The position numbers were made by a program, and so were the translations under genes. The notes beneath the pieces are model-generated. The model saw only the letters and a program-made list of their open reading frames with translations. It made no database searches and was not told where the DNA came from. A stretch of 62,920 nt of DNA, counting the filler, from Octopus bimaculoides (lineage: Eukaryota), in assembly GCF_001194135.2 (NCBI RefSeq). It is 6 parts of 6 records of this genome, joined end to end, with 100 filler letters (N's around TTAATTAATTAA, not from the genome) between each part and the next. Parts side by side here need not be neighbours in the genome. Positions count along the whole stretch, not along the records: positions 10,108 to 38,627 come from NC_069003.1; positions 38,728 to 54,543 come from NC_068993.1; 4 more parts are not named here. One strand, 5' to 3'. This document shows, piece after piece, positions 24,419-38,775 of this stretch; position 1 is the stretch's first letter, and every line of letters starts with the position of its first letter.

Positions 24419-25541
24419 CCGTGTGTCACAGAACACTTGGTACTTTGGCCTAATTTATTTCTGTTCTGCATTTACATTCTGTTGCGCACTTACATTCCAA
24501 TGTTTCCCAATCTATTCGAGCGATTTTCATGAAATTAATACCAGACAATATCCTGGCATTCATAATAATTGACTAAAAGTTAGTAAACACGGTGACTCAG
24601 GTCAGTCGATATCCAATGTATGAATCAAATCAAAAAACGTGAAAACCGCTCATGAAATACAAGCTATTAATCTAATATCTCATTAACGGAGCAAATAATT
24701 AATAATTGCATTTCACATTATAATTAAATAGTAATCAACAAAATAACGATGGAAATAATTAACAAAATAATCTATAACACGATTATTATTGTTTTTCTCT
24801 CTTTTTCCGTGTATTTTGAAGTGTAGAGAGAAGATTCATTTGTTGTAAATACGTTCAGGTGAATTTCTGTTAATGAGGTTGTTTTTGTGTATTATTCTTT
24901 ACTTTCTTCTACTACTTTCGGTTCAAGGCCTGTGAATGTTGCCGGGTCACAAGAAACAATAAATAAAAATTAAAACTTGAAAACTTGCAGTAATATTCAA
25001 ATAATATATCATTTTTTTATGACGCAATTTTTGCGGGTGATGAACGATATGTGCGTAATTTCTCTTGATTACAATGCAAAAGTTGTCGATCAAGTACAAA
25101 GTTGTTTTGGTAAATTAGGGATTTTTCAGGTCAGAGTTAATTACACATTTGGTAGAACATACAGGGACGTAATAAATGTTCAGTTGCTATGGAAAGTGAA
25201 AAGTTTAAGGACATTGATCATTTATGACGAAAGAGAGAGTGGGGAGAGAGAGAGAGAAATGGAGAATGAAAGAAACAATTTTTTTTGAAAAATCAAAAAA
25301 AAAACAAAAAAACAATAGGAAAGTGCGCTGCTGTCGCCAAGATTCTTGAAAAATAACTTAGAAAAATATCACGCTATAGGAAATATCTAGCGCATCAGAT
25401 TTAATATGTAGAGCTAGAAAAGATTTTAGTTGTCATGGTGCTTGGCTGTGAAAATCATATAATACTATTCCTATATTTACCGTGATTTAGACGTGTATGC
25501 ACGTAAAACAATGCCACGTTATACATAAACACTCACTCACA

Positions 25542-25639
<98 letters not shown>

Positions 25640-25641
25640 CG

Positions 25642-25789
25642 TATTCTTTTATTCTTTTATTCTTTTACTTGTATCAGTTATTTTGACTGCGGCCATGCTG
25701 GAGCAGCGCCTTTACTCGAATAAATCGACCCCCAAAACTTATTCTTCGTAAGCCTAGTACTTATTCTATCGGTTCCCTTTTGCCGAACC
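25642..25789 (-). mobile_element. SINE family B 3' module, 5'-truncated
   Basis: TATTCTTT tail, TTTGACTGCGGCCATGCTGGAGCAGCGCC and AAGCCTAGTACTTATTCTATCGGTT. Confidence 0.85.
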
Positions 25790-26059
25790 GATAGAATAAG
25801 GCGGAAAGGTTTGTCAACAATCAGCCATGAGATTAGAATTTACATCCCTCAAAGACTCACATTTACGACACTTCCATTAAAAAGAACAAATATTTTTTGT
25901 TTACCATTACATTCACAACTACACACAAACACGCATGCACACACACACACACATAATATAGCAATGCAAATGTCCCCAGAATGGTGTTCTCGATTCATTT
26001 CCTGCAAATACGACAGGCCTATTGGTGTGTGTGTGTGTGTGTCTGTATGGGTGTGAGTG

Positions 26060-26262
26060 TATGGTTCTGTGTCGATCTTTGTCTCCCCACCACAGCTTAA
26101 CATTTTGTTTTGTTTTGTTTGCGTTACCGTGATCTAGCGGTTGCATAAAAGAGCTACATAGAATAAGCACCGATCTTAAACATAATTATTAAGGTGACTC
26201 GTTCCAAAAATGCGGTGCCCCAGCATGGTCGCTATCGAAGCAGTGAAACAAATAAAAGACAA
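26060..26262 (+). mobile_element. SINE family B 3' module, diverged
   Basis: TTTGTCTCCCCACCACAGCTT...TAGCGGTTGCATAAAAGAG...ATAGAATAAGCAC...GCGGTGCCCCAGCATGGTCGC...GAAACAAATAAAAG. Confidence 0.75.
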
Positions 26263-27211
26263 AGTAGAGAAAAAGACGAACCGAACGCAGTTATATAAGA
26301 TGACGGTATGACCACCGGTGGGTAAGTTAAATCAGGTTAAAACAACGAACAAAAATAGCAACAAAACTCTGCTTATTGTTCACTTTATAAATTAGAAAAT
26401 GACGTTGGAGATATTTGTACTTTGAAATTGATGTATGGAATGTACGCTTCATAAAGAAAAGTTCTTTTTTCATGATATAATATCACATTTGAATATCAGC
26501 GCTTCGCTTTTATAACATTGAAACTCCCGCTATCAGTGTAGTTATGAAATTGTTTTATTAAATGGACATAAAAATGTGTCTCCATTACCATGTTTGAGCA
26601 GTATAAAAAAAAATTCATAGAAAGTATATGTGAATTAGCCTATATTTGCACTCTCAGAAAATGTTTTATATTATAAAAGAAATTGATTAAGAATATTAAA
26701 CTAAACTCAATTCACTCCAATACAATCTGAGTTTGAATAAATATTGTTTCTATTCGCTCATAGAATAACACATGAAAGTGCTTTTGTTGAAGTATTTTAT
26801 AAACAATATTAAATGATTCAGTGTATCAGTCCCACAGGTACAGGTTTTCTTTGAACAGAAGAAACGGTTTTGCTGGTTAATTACACGAGGTGATATGTTG
26901 AAAGTAGCTCTTGTTTCTGAAGGTTGCTTTTTTTTTCTTTTTATCTATTCTAAAGTAGTTATTCCTCGTTTTCGGTTGATAAACTGATGAAAGAAAGTAT
27001 TCCTACGGGAATTTTGAGAAATTGCTGACTTTTTGTTTTTTAGAGTTTGAAGTCAAAGAGCATTCAATTAATGTTTCTATGCACTCTCGAAGATTGGAAA
27101 CACGGTGTTTTTAATGCCTACTCAAAAAACAAAACGAGTTGGTATCTGGTGCTTATACCATGTAAAGAATTATAACAAATGGGGGAATTAGTATAACAGT
27201 GAGATCCTTTG

Positions 27212-27440
27212 TATTAGTGGTTAGGTTGTTGGACTCACGATCGTGAGGTCATTGTTTCGAATACCTGCCCGAGTAGCGTGTTGTGTCCTTGAGCAAAGCA
27301 CTTCATTTAAAATGACTCGGCTATCGCTTCGACATCTGACGTGTTGCGTATTATGCACCTGTACGGGCAATGTCGATATGATGGAGAGAGTGAGCTTATG
27401 TGCAACACAAATATTTGATCACAATAAGCAAATCATCTGT
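27212..27440 (+). mobile_element. SINE family C
   Basis: TAGTGGTTAGGTTGTTGGACTCACGATCGTGAGG...TTTCGAATACC...GTGTTGTGTCCTTGAGCAAAGCACTTCATTT. Confidence 0.8.
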
Positions 27441-27763
27441 GAAGGATTTTCACCAAGAAAACCAATTAAAATTATGGATAAGTCGGACGAGATGCTTTTC
27501 GGTATCTGTTGTGGCTTTTATATTACGAGAGAGGCAGAGACACTCGCAAACAATGTCTTGCCCAGGCATGTTCATATATGCCCCCAATATATGGTCAACA
27601 TTAATTGAGAGAAGCGCTGTGAGCTAATGAAGTTCTTTACTTAATTTCTTGTTTCCTTGTCATTTATTAAATTTCTTATTACACTCTGTACTCTATTAAC
27701 GTTTTGTTTTTCTTTCTGAAGCTTATGTATATTAAAAGTATCGCTTTGTCTAAGTGAAATATC

Positions 27764-27936
27764 GGTTTCGAAATTTTATACATCGACCCCAGTGTTCAAC
27801 TGGTACTTATTTCACCGACCCTGAAAGGATAAAAGGCAAAGCCGGTCCCCGGCGGCATTTGGACTCATGAGGACGGACGAAATACAGTTAAGCAGATTTC
27901 TTGGCGTACTAACGGTTGTACCATCTCACCGACTTA
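27764..27936 (-). mobile_element. SINE family A with 15-bp target-site duplication
   Basis: Family A core and head, flanked by TCTAAGTGAAATATC (27749-27763) and TCTGAGTGAAATATC (27937-27951), 14/15 identical. Confidence 0.8.
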
Positions 27937-28834
27937 TCTGAGTGAAATATCAAAATAGAAAAAAATTCCCATCCTGAAGGCTTCTAGCGACTACGATTCC
28001 TATGCTATTCGAAAGACCTATTTGGCAATTTCCACAAGGATTATATCAATACCGTCAAAAAAAAAAGCTTACCTTGAAATGCGACACAAGCGTAGCTAAA
28101 TATATATTTTTTTTTTTCGACGGTCGTCTTTTCCAAATATATGACAAAAAGAAAAATGCTTTCCCAGCTGAATTATACTTATATGCTATATATGCTCGGT
28201 GAACCCAAGAAAATAATGTAACACACTATATCAAGCTGTTCTATACAGGGATCGATCTCAGAATCGTATGTTTGCTCAGTTAGAAAAGAAGACTTGCCCC
28301 AATATTCTGTATGTAATGTATAAATATAAAACTCACATAATTAGTTAACTGAAAGCTGTACCAATATAACTTATATTATGACCAGATGAAATACGCACAA
28401 TGCAAAATAAGAACAATATTGAATAATTTAGACGATAAAGAATCTAATGTTATATTATTTGAATGAAAATTGTATCTCGTATAAATTCTGACAAGGCTAA
28501 CCAGCTCCAGGCAATTTAAATTCGTAAAAACCGCCACATCATAATTTATTGAAAAAGAAAAAAAATTTCAATTAATCTGGCGAAGATTTGCGAGAAATAT
28601 ATCTTGAAATTCTAATTGTCCAGACAAATTTCTGGCTATTAAGTATTGTTAATTGAATAATAATAAATTTACTTCTATTGATTTATGCAAAAAAGTAATT
28701 ACACTAATTGATAAAATTAAATCTAATACAATTCTGAATGCAAGGCGCCCGGCTGGAGAACTGTTAGCGTATCATACAAAACATTTAGAGGCATTTCTTC
28801 GAGTTCACAAAAACGAAAAGTATCTGAAATAGGG

Positions 28835-29017
28835 GCAGGCTTGGCTGTGTGTAAGAAGTTTGATGCCCAACCACATGATTCCGGATTCAGTCGCACTGCG
28901 TGGAATCTTGTGTAAATGTCTTCTACTGTAGACTCGGGTCAAGCAGAGCCTTGTGAGTGAATTTGGTAGAGAGAAATTAAAAGAAGCCCGTCAGCTAAAT
29001 ACATATTTATATGACTG

Positions 29018-29086
<69 letters not shown>

Positions 29087-29135
29087 ATATATATATATCT
29101 ATCGCTCACACACACTCTCTCTCTCTCTCTCTCTC

Positions 29136-29188
<53 letters not shown>

Positions 29189-29467
29189 ATATATATATAT
29201 ATATCTGTCTGTCTGTCTATCTATCTCAATATATATATATATATACACACATATACGTGCGTGTGTCAATTGTGTTTGTATCTGTCCCCTACTTCCAGTT
29301 GACAACCGATGTTAGTGTGTTTACATCCCCGTATCTTAGCGGTTCGGCAACTAACCGATAGAATAAGTACCTGACCTGAAAAAAAATATATCGGGGCCGA
29401 TTAATTCTTCAAGGTGGTGCCACAACATGGCCGCAATAAATTGACCGAAACCAGTAGAATGTAGAAG
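28835..29467 (+). mobile_element. Full-length SINE family B with internal compound microsatellite
   Basis: tRNA-like head GCAGGCTTGGCTGTGTGTAAG...GGATTCAGTC, body ending GAAATTAAAAGAAGCCCGTC, ~240 bp of (TATC)/(TA)/(CA)/(CT), then the 3' module. Confidence 0.85.
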
Positions 29468-30550
29468 TCATATATTACTAAATACACCGCTCAAATACAA
29501 AGCTAAAAATGGAGAATGGAACATTCTCCAAACGGAATGAAAGTCGTGGTTATTCTCGGTAAAAACAAGGCTTTAATAAGATTTCTGTATAACATAAATA
29601 GAAAGTTTGCTTTACGGACTGAGAAGAAAAATGTGATAATCTTTTCAACAGCATGGAAAAATGAATAGTAAGGAAAAATTCAGAGAGATTTTACGAAATG
29701 TGGTGTCTCAACGGTCCTGAAGAGGTGAACACTAACAAAATACTCTTTATAACACATCAGATCATCATGAATGATTTCGGTTCTACAGCTATAGAAGCTA
29801 TAAGAATGAAGTAGAATGCAGGTGGTTACGGAGGAAGTAAACTACTTTCATCAAAGCATTATCATTTCATATATAAAAATCTCCTTCTATGTATTGCGTG
29901 ATTTATCGAATATTTTACCGTTTCTTCTCTGTACATTCTTTGTTTTAGCTGTTTTTACATCATTCACATACATATATAATAACATATTTCACCGATTCCC
30001 TCGTCTTTTTATAAGTTATAAGCTCTACTCCACGCATCAATTGTTGTCTTTATTAGATATCAATCTGCATAAGCAAACTTAGGTCTGTAATTCTTTTTCG
30101 GCTATACCTTCCCGTGCCATCAGGCAGCCATTCTGCAGAAACAGAAAATTCATTTCGATATCTAAAATATTGTACCAATTATTCAAAAATATAGCATATA
30201 TTTCGAAGATCTTTATAACGAGTAGGATAATTTTAACTCTCTGTCAGTTCGAAATTTAAGTCCTGATATTGTTCTTTCTTCTCAACTTACTTTTCTATTA
30301 TTCTTGTATCAAACGGGAATGCAACACCATTAAGTATCACACGCTTTGCAAAGTATTGAGTATTACAATATCGTGGTATGGATGAGTTATTTGTCGTTCC
30401 ATTTGAATTTTCAGATTCCATTAGAAAATTCATATAAACATTTTCTACGATCGGAGCGTTAGTCGATGTACGTATCGTTTTCCCTCTCGGATCCACATTC
30501 TTTAAAGAATTGCCATAAAATCCTTATAGCATATTAACAACATACGTCTT

Positions 30551-30695
30551 TCAGTTTCCATCCACCGTATCCACTCAGAAAGGCTTGGTCTACCGGGGGC
30601 TATAGTAGAAGACACCTGCTCAAGGTGTCACGCAGTACGACTGAACCCGGAATCATGTGGTTGGGAAGCAAGCTCCTTACTACACAGTCATAGCT
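30551..30695 (-). mobile_element. SINE family B head
   Basis: TTCAGTTTCC...GGCTATAGTAGAAGACACCTGCTCAAGGTGTCACGCAG...TGAACCCGGAATCATGTGG...AAGCAAGCT. Confidence 0.85.
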
Positions 30696-32544
30696 GATTT
30701 TTAGGACCCAATAAAAGCTGTGATAATTTTGTGAAGTATTTACTATGGTGGCCAAGTTTTCCGGCTATGTTATACAAAAAGATTTCAGTTAAGCTTGGAA
30801 TTTCTACCTTTATAAGTAGGCTGTAATATCCTTGGCACTTATGTGAATTTTTGCTACACTGGTAATATATGCGTGTGGGTGAAAATTCCCTTTCATTTTC
30901 AAGATCTGTGTACTTGCATGACAGCTCTATTCCGAGACCTAATTTAGCATCGGCTACATGAGTCTTTTGTCCTTACCCGAGTGTTGTCTTGCAAAGCATT
31001 CAGGCCATATCTCCGGTTTGAGTAGATCTTCTTCCCCTCTCCCTCACTTGTTTTGTGGCACTCTATGACGTCACGAGAAATGCCATCAACTTCTAACTAA
31101 AATATACAAAACAATTTTAAAAACCTTGATTTAGAAGCTATTTCTTCTAAGTCGTAGAAACACATACAAGCTCACGTATTAACCTGTTCCTTCTAATTTA
31201 ACCGATTTGGTATGACGAGTAACTATGTGTGAGTATAAAGTAAAATTTCTCGGTTAAACACCAACTAACTAGTTGATATAACTTTATCTTTGTTGCTTAG
31301 GACTTGTTATTAAACGCTACATAAATTATTTAGATTAAAACTCAGAAGTTTATGAAGCATGGGAGAAAGGAATACTCAAAAGAACTGATATTTTTCTGTG
31401 CGTTTTAAAGTCAAACTGCATTCGTTATTTTTTTCTTAAGAGAAACTATATTAAAATTTCTCAAGCGAATGCTAAGGTGAATAAACGAAATGTAATAAAG
31501 CAGCTTTTGTTTTTACTTTAAAAAATGAAAATGTAGTGAAGGACAGATTAAAAGAAAATATCTTTTGTAGTTTTAATAATACTAAGAGAAGTCACATCAA
31601 CTCTTGCTATTGAGCGACAAAGAGATAGACTGAGAAAGAAAAAGTGGGGAAAGAGATATAAATGAAAGATAGTGGAGACAATGAGAGAGACGGTTTACAA
31701 TACAAAGCAATTCAAGTCACATGATATTTCAATAGCTTCAGTTGCTGTATTTATTGTAGGATTTTAACTTTTTACTTTACTTAATAACTGCCATTCGCTA
31801 AAGGTTCTGCACCAGTATGGCCTTATCCGTGATGGCTAAAACGAAATAAAGAATAAAGAACGAACGTATTTTCTATGTCTCGTGATTATATTCTGAGTTA
31901 GACAGCAATTGAAGTTTATGAAAATATCTACTTAGAAAGATTTCAGATAAAGTATTATAGCTTAAAGCTAAACTGGCCGTAAACAAATTATATGAAATGA
32001 TCTTGGAGTTTAAAAATCAAGATAAGCTGATGGAAAAGAATTATCTGACTAATGTAACTCAATTTCCTGGAGGCTAATTCGCCATTCGCCCGACACTTTA
32101 CGAAATATATGTTATCAAGGAATCTCTTTGTGTGCGTAATATATATATATATATANNNNNNNNNNNNNNNNNNNNNNNNNNNNNNNNNNNNNNNNNNNNN
32201 NNNNNNNNTATATGTACATATATATATATATATATATACACCCACGTACATACATACATATATGCATACACACACGCACACGCACTCTTACACACACACA
32301 CACATATATATACATAACATAATATATACGCGTGTGTACTGTGATATCATGGAAGTTATCGACAAACATTTATGTAAATAATTTGCAATGTCCTTCACAT
32401 GTATTTTAGATTTAGTGATACCACTTCTAAAGATTTTGCAAGTTTACCTTATGCAATAATGGAATAGTGAATATGATGTATGTATCCCACGGTATTATGG
32501 CAAGTTGTTCACAAACTGTAATCATATATGATATATTCAAATGC

Positions 32545-33010
32545 GATTGCTTCAATATCGCAGTATAACAGGGGTTAAAAGAAAGTAAAGACCCACGTCT
32601 TCCATCATGAATGACCATGGAATTGCACCTAGAGAGGTGATTGCTTTAATATCGCAGTATAATAGAGGTTAAAAAAAAGTAAATACCTCCACTTCGGTTA
32701 TGAATGGCCATGGGTTTGCACCTAGAGAGTTCCCCTCCAAGTTAAAAGACCAGGAGAGTTTGTGTTATGGAAGACCAGTAATCGCTCATGCATACCAGCT
32801 TCCGCTGTCCACGCCACCGGTGTTATTCAAAGGACGGGCAAAGGCCGATACAGATTGGCACCAGTGACGTCTCAAAACATTTCTACAGCTGAGTGAACTG
32901 GAGCAAAACGAAATAAAGTGTCTTACTCGAGAACACACAGCCCCGCCTGGGAATCGAACTGACTGTCTCGTGATTGTGAACCCGATTCTCCAACCATCGA
33001 GCCATGAGCC
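32545..33010 (-). mobile_element. SINE family C with a distinct 3' module and a 94-bp terminal tandem duplication
   Basis: Head and core CAGCTGAGTGAACTGGAGCAAAACGAAATAAAGTGTCTT...GGGAATCGAAC at 32885-33010. Duplicated units at 32545-32638 and 32639-32729. Confidence 0.7.
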
Positions 33011-33016
33011 GCTGTA

Positions 33017-33220
33017 CAGGGTGTCCACAAGGTCTGGGTACATGGAGTAAATAAAATCATAACATAGACAATTAAATATAAGAAATAATAATTTATTAAA
33101 GTATGTGTTAATCCCCATGTGGGTACATGGAGTAAATAAAATCATAACGTAAACAATTATATATAAGAAATAGTTAAAGTATGTGGTAATCCCCATGACC
33201 CAGACTTTGTGGACACCCTG
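33017..33220. mobile_element. Tc1/mariner MITE (204 bp) with TA TSD
   Basis: TA|CAGGGTGTCCACAAGGTCTGGGT ... ACCCAGACTTTGTGGACACCCTG|TA: 23-bp TIRs with one mismatch. Confidence 0.9.
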
Positions 33221-34146
33221 TATAATATATATAGACAAAGAAAAAATGCTGCGCTCTCGCACGCGAATATATTGGCGGAAATAAAAACAAAAACATCTGC
33301 ACTACATCGTATATGCTTAATTCTGTTTTTTTTTTTTTTTCATGTTATCAGGAACTTATACTGTTTATTCTGTATGAACCAAGAAAAAAATTTATTCTCC
33401 TTCCTCGCTGATAATTCCCTTTTCTCCCATGATAAGTTAGACCTGATTAGGAACTTTTTGTTCGTTATTAGACTAAGTTCTCATTTTCCATGATATAACA
33501 GCATCTTTTTCATGTAAGAAATATTTTGCTACATGTCTCTATGTACCTTTCGTTGTACAGCTTTGTAATATACGTGTTCCTCCATCTGATCAATATACTG
33601 ATGGGATTTTTGCAACTGTTCGACATTCATTGAACACCCGTCGAGTCGACATGTGATCAAAGGTATTGAACACTGTTTTCTTAGGACTATTTAAATCTCG
33701 ATTATCTAACGTGCCCTTTATTTATTTATTGATTTATGTATTTATTTATGAGTGGGTTGGGGGTCTGGTTTCTATATCTTGCTAACCGAGAGATTACATA
33801 AAGATACAGTTATTCGCTCCGTATGTATATCTATGTAATTGGCAACATGTCAGCTTCAGACAAGCAGTTCAATGATCAAAAGTATGTCCTCGTTTATTTC
33901 ATATGTTGAGAAATATAATAACCAATGCAGTCTTCGTTTTTTTTATTTCTTTTTAAATCGGTGTGATTTCATTTGAAAGATATTTAGTCACTGTTTCAAT
34001 TATGGTGCTTGAGCATGTAAAGGCCACCTCATTGATATGTCTCCATTCTTTTGCTGATAATGTTATAGCAGTCTGTCAAATGACGTTAAATAGTTTCATT
34101 CTGTTTTGCACTGAATGTGAATCATTTCTTGGTCACACTCAGTTAC

Positions 34147-34625
<479 letters not shown>

Positions 34626-34820
34626 ACCTACACAATATATTTTTTTCTTCTTCTTAACGTTTCCAAACCCTGATTCAACTCTTTTCGAATTGTAGCGAGG
34701 GAAAGATTGTCATTCGCCGCCACCCCAATCGTAGAAACGTATGCCCCATAACCTTTATTCGAAAACAACAAAAGACAATGAGAGTGTAAGAGAGGTGGGG
34801 TATATATTCAACTTCAGTAT

Positions 34821-34925
34821 TCGACTGGTATTTTATGTACAGATCGAAGAATAAAACTACGTTAACCTTGGTGTGATTTGAACTAAGATACCAGAGAAAC
34901 GAACAAATACAGGAAGGCATTCATT
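34821..34925 (-). mobile_element. Degraded SINE family A
   Basis: ACTGGTATTTT...GATTTGAACT...AAATAC...GCATTTC colinear with family A. Confidence 0.5.
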
Positions 34926-35359
34926 TCAATGGTAGAATGACTATCAGTTCGTCGTCATATATATGTTATCAAATGAATGGGGACTGAATTGAGGATATAA
35001 ATTGGGACAGACTGTTTATTGATCATGTGCAAATGAGATACTCTATCTGATTGATTGATATACTTGGAAAGGCAATCAAATTACCCATACACCACACAGA
35101 TCAGTTTGTAAAAATAAAAAGAACAAATACCATAAATTTGTCATGATGAAATAATCATGTGTATTTTGGAATTTTGGTTTTCTTCATCAATTTTGACCTA
35201 TAACTAAGCAACATGAATGGTGTTGATGTTGTTTAGCCTTGCTACAAATAGAAAACTTTTCCTCTGATTCCATGTCAACATATACAAAAAGGACACAATG
35301 TATTCTTAAATATTCCAAAATAAAACTCACTGACCACAAGTAAACTGCCAATAAACAAT

Positions 35360-35579
35360 TTCTACAATTAGCACAAGGCCTGAAATGTTGTGGAAAAGGG
35401 ACTAGTCAATTACATTGACCCTTGTGTTTCGTTGGTTCTTAATTTATTGATCCCGAAAGGATGAAAGGATGAAAGGCAAAGTCGACTTCGGCGGAATTTG
35501 AACTCGAAACATAAAGACAAACGAAATGCTGCTAAGCATTTCGCCCGGCGCACTAACGATTCGGCCACCTCGCAGCCTT
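35360..35579 (-). mobile_element. SINE family A with alternative 3' module
   Basis: GAAAGGATGAAAGGATGAAAGGCAAAGTCGACTTCGGCGGAATTTGAACTC...GCTAAGCATTTCGCCCGGCG. Confidence 0.85.
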
Positions 35580-35636
35580 GTAATAACATCAACAACAACA
35601 ACAATAATAATACTATCATCATCATTATCCTTATTA

Positions 35637-35703
35637 AAGGCAGTGAGAAAGCAGACTCTCTACCGCGCCGGACAAAACGCTTAGCAGCACTTCTGGATTC
35701 TTA
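35637..35703 (+). mobile_element. SINE family A head fragment, inverted relative to 35360-35579
   Basis: AAGGCAGTGAGAAAGCAG...GCGCCGGACAAAACGCTTAGCAGCA. Confidence 0.6.
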
Positions 35704-36024
35704 TTATTTATTTTATTTATCCAAGCCTGTATGGATATACTAGAAAGCTGATTTCTATCCCGATTTGAATTAGTATTTGTAACTAAATACCTCAGCGCAT
35801 TTTGTCCGAAGCTCTACCGATTCAATCGTATGCATCACGATCTTCAATAATACTTCTTAGCTTTGTTCACTGTTCATAACTGGAACTAACTTTGCCTTTT
35901 AACTATATGGAATCGATGGAACATGCAACAATGCCGAATCCATTGAAATAATGTGTTGTTTGTGTGAAAGGAAGAAGTCAATATAATGAAATTTATGAAT
36001 AAATATACATATACATATACACAT

Positions 36025-36073
<49 letters not shown>

Positions 36074-36149
36074 TAAATATGTTTACATATATATATGTAT
36101 ATAATTATGAATGTATATATGTATATATATGTATGCATATATATGCATG

Positions 36150-36227
<78 letters not shown>

Positions 36228-37777
36228 TATACGTATGTATGTTTTCACACACACGCATATATGTAACATATATGAATGTTTGTACGTATGTATGTATGTA
36301 TCTATTTTCTCGCTGACTAAAATTGGAAATTCTGCATATTGTTCTAGAACCTCAGATAGAATTATTGCAGTCAATAGACGGAATGCTGACAGGTGAGATA
36401 CAATTATAGTCAAATATCTGTCGCCTCTAACTGAATTTCTGAATTTCTTTTTACAGCAACAAATCGTAGTATATGTATGTGACAATAATTTGGTGAACGA
36501 GTCTTTAGAATTATCTGTGTAAACATCTACAAGAAATTCTTAGAAATATTGGCAACAATCCAAAAAGACATTTATTTAGTGAGCTAATGATCAAACACTT
36601 TGAAAATATCCGCATGATTGATATACTGACAAGTGACCTGTATACAATAAGAATGATTTTCTCAACGTTTCTGGTTCCTCTGTTGTTATTCTTTTATTAA
36701 TTTCTCCTTTTATTTTTCATTTGTTTTGTTCTAGAAATATATATATATAGCGAACATTTTTCTTTTTTTTTGAAGATATTTCGTGTTATTAATTTTACCT
36801 ATATTATTGCGACTAGCAATGTATAATAAGACTTAATCTACAAACGGTTTCAATCAGCGAACGCTATCGATTCCCAATTGTATACCATTACACTTCATAC
36901 GAAAAGAAAAAAGAAAACATCACTGACATTTTAGAAGGGGTTGAATACCACATTGTCACTATAAATTTTCCAGTTCTCAATACACAGAATAGGACACGAG
37001 ATTGAATGATTTTGCGTGTCTTGGGGAAAGGTGAAAGTCTATGTTTCAAATGTAATCTCCTCATGGTAAAAGAAAATTAGAAGTGAATGCTGAAAGGTTG
37101 AACATGTGAGAAAAGGTTTCTGTTTTGCCTTTATTCGTTTGCTTTTTAGCAATAGTTATGTAGGCCATTTGAAATGTGTGAAGCTGAGCTGATGTGATCA
37201 ATGTCCTTGCAATACGAAGGTGTAAAATAAAACATATTAAAAAAATACATAAAAAATAATAATATTTCAGTAATTGGGAAAAATAAATAGGAACTGGAAG
37301 TACATAGTGGGAGTAACTGGGAATAGTGATTCATACAGAACCCAGAAATGTGAACAAAATATTGTTGACGAAAAGCAAAGAGACGAGGTAGTTGGGCGTC
37401 CTGAAATTGAAAAGGTCTTTGTGCCGTCACTGGAAAACACTACAGTAGAACGAGCTCCTCCATGGAGCTTAATAAGTCGGCTGATATTTAGGAAACACAG
37501 TAGCTTAGAATTTGGAATATCGTTAGTGTAGCATAATGGCACATATATATTCCATTATAAACTCACGTCACTTTAATGAATTAAACATATTTGTAATCAC
37601 GAGGGAATCTGTAGAGCGGCAGCCTGAATACCTTATGTCTGGTTAGATTTGCGTTCAAATATAGACACAGCCAATTTTGAATTTTGTTCATCTGAGCCGT
37701 TAAATTTAGGTGGAAGTAGGTCATTGACGGTACATAATGTGCTGTGTGCTTGTATGTTAGATATCATGTCCTAATTC

Positions 37778-37991
37778 TTTCGAATTTTGATACAAAACCA
37801 GCAGTTGTGGTAGAGATTGTGAGTCGATTAGATCGCCTCCACTGCTGATGTAGGACCTATTCTATCCACTCCGATATTACGGAAGAGAAGGCCGTCTCCA
37901 TCGGCATTTAAACTTAGAATGTAAACAGCCGGAAAAAATGCCACTTCAGCATTTTGTGTCACGCCTTAACAATTCTGCCACCTTACCACTT
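37778..37991 (-). mobile_element. Degraded SINE family A
   Basis: TTTCGAATTTTGATACAAAACCAGC...GAGTCGATTAGATCG...GGCATTTAAACTTAGAATGTAAA...AGCATTTTG...TTCTGCCACCTTACCACTT. Confidence 0.6.
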
Positions 37992-38575
37992 GTCCACATC
38001 TTGTCATAATTGATATTGATATCAATGTCGTTCTATAAAGATATTAGTGAATATATATATCACATCAGTGTAAAATCTGCTAATGCCGTGTATATCTTTT
38101 CATTGCAGTATGTAATATCATTGGTTTCCTGTATTCTCTAAGAAGACAAGGACAATTAGGATTCCAAACCATTACTTAATGCATTTGGTAAGTACAATGA
38201 TTCATAATTATTTAGACATATTGAACAATATTATTTCAAGTGTAATATAATATCATATTTAGAAAAGTGTTTATATCTAAATCATTCAAAGTGTCAAAGT
38301 ATTAACGAGACATTATATCTGAGTTGTAAGAAATATGTCGTTGATTTGAATGTAGGCGAGATATTAACTTTCTATTATTGCAAAAGCTCTATTCAAGGCA
38401 TGTTTGTATATTTAAGAAACTGGCGTCTGAACCATATGGTTGCGGATTCCAGTGAACTGAGCGACACATTAAGCAAGGTTCTACTGTATTCTCTGTTTAA
38501 TCAATAATTTGTGGATAGTATTTAATACCACAGAAACTTTATGAAATCAATACATACATATATACATACATACAT

Positions 38576-38627
<52 letters not shown>

Positions 38628-38727
38628 NNNNNNNNNNNNNNNNNNNNNNNNNNNNNNNNNNNNNNNNNNNNTTAATTAATTAANNNNNNNNNNNNNNNNN
38701 NNNNNNNNNNNNNNNNNNNNNNNNNNN
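38628..38727. other. Artificial 100-bp scaffold linker
   Basis: 44N-TTAATTAATTAA(38672-38683)-44N. Confidence 0.95.

Positions 38728-38775
<48 letters not shown>

Noticed and set aside
28074-28306. Minus-strand segment bounded by ...CATACAG and AAG|GTAAGC
   Set aside because: There are stops in all frames and no homology that I recognise.
37274-37531. 85-aa plus-strand ORF with a protein-like look
   Set aside because: It starts at TTG immediately after a stop, the nearby acceptor gives no open frame, and I recognise no motif.
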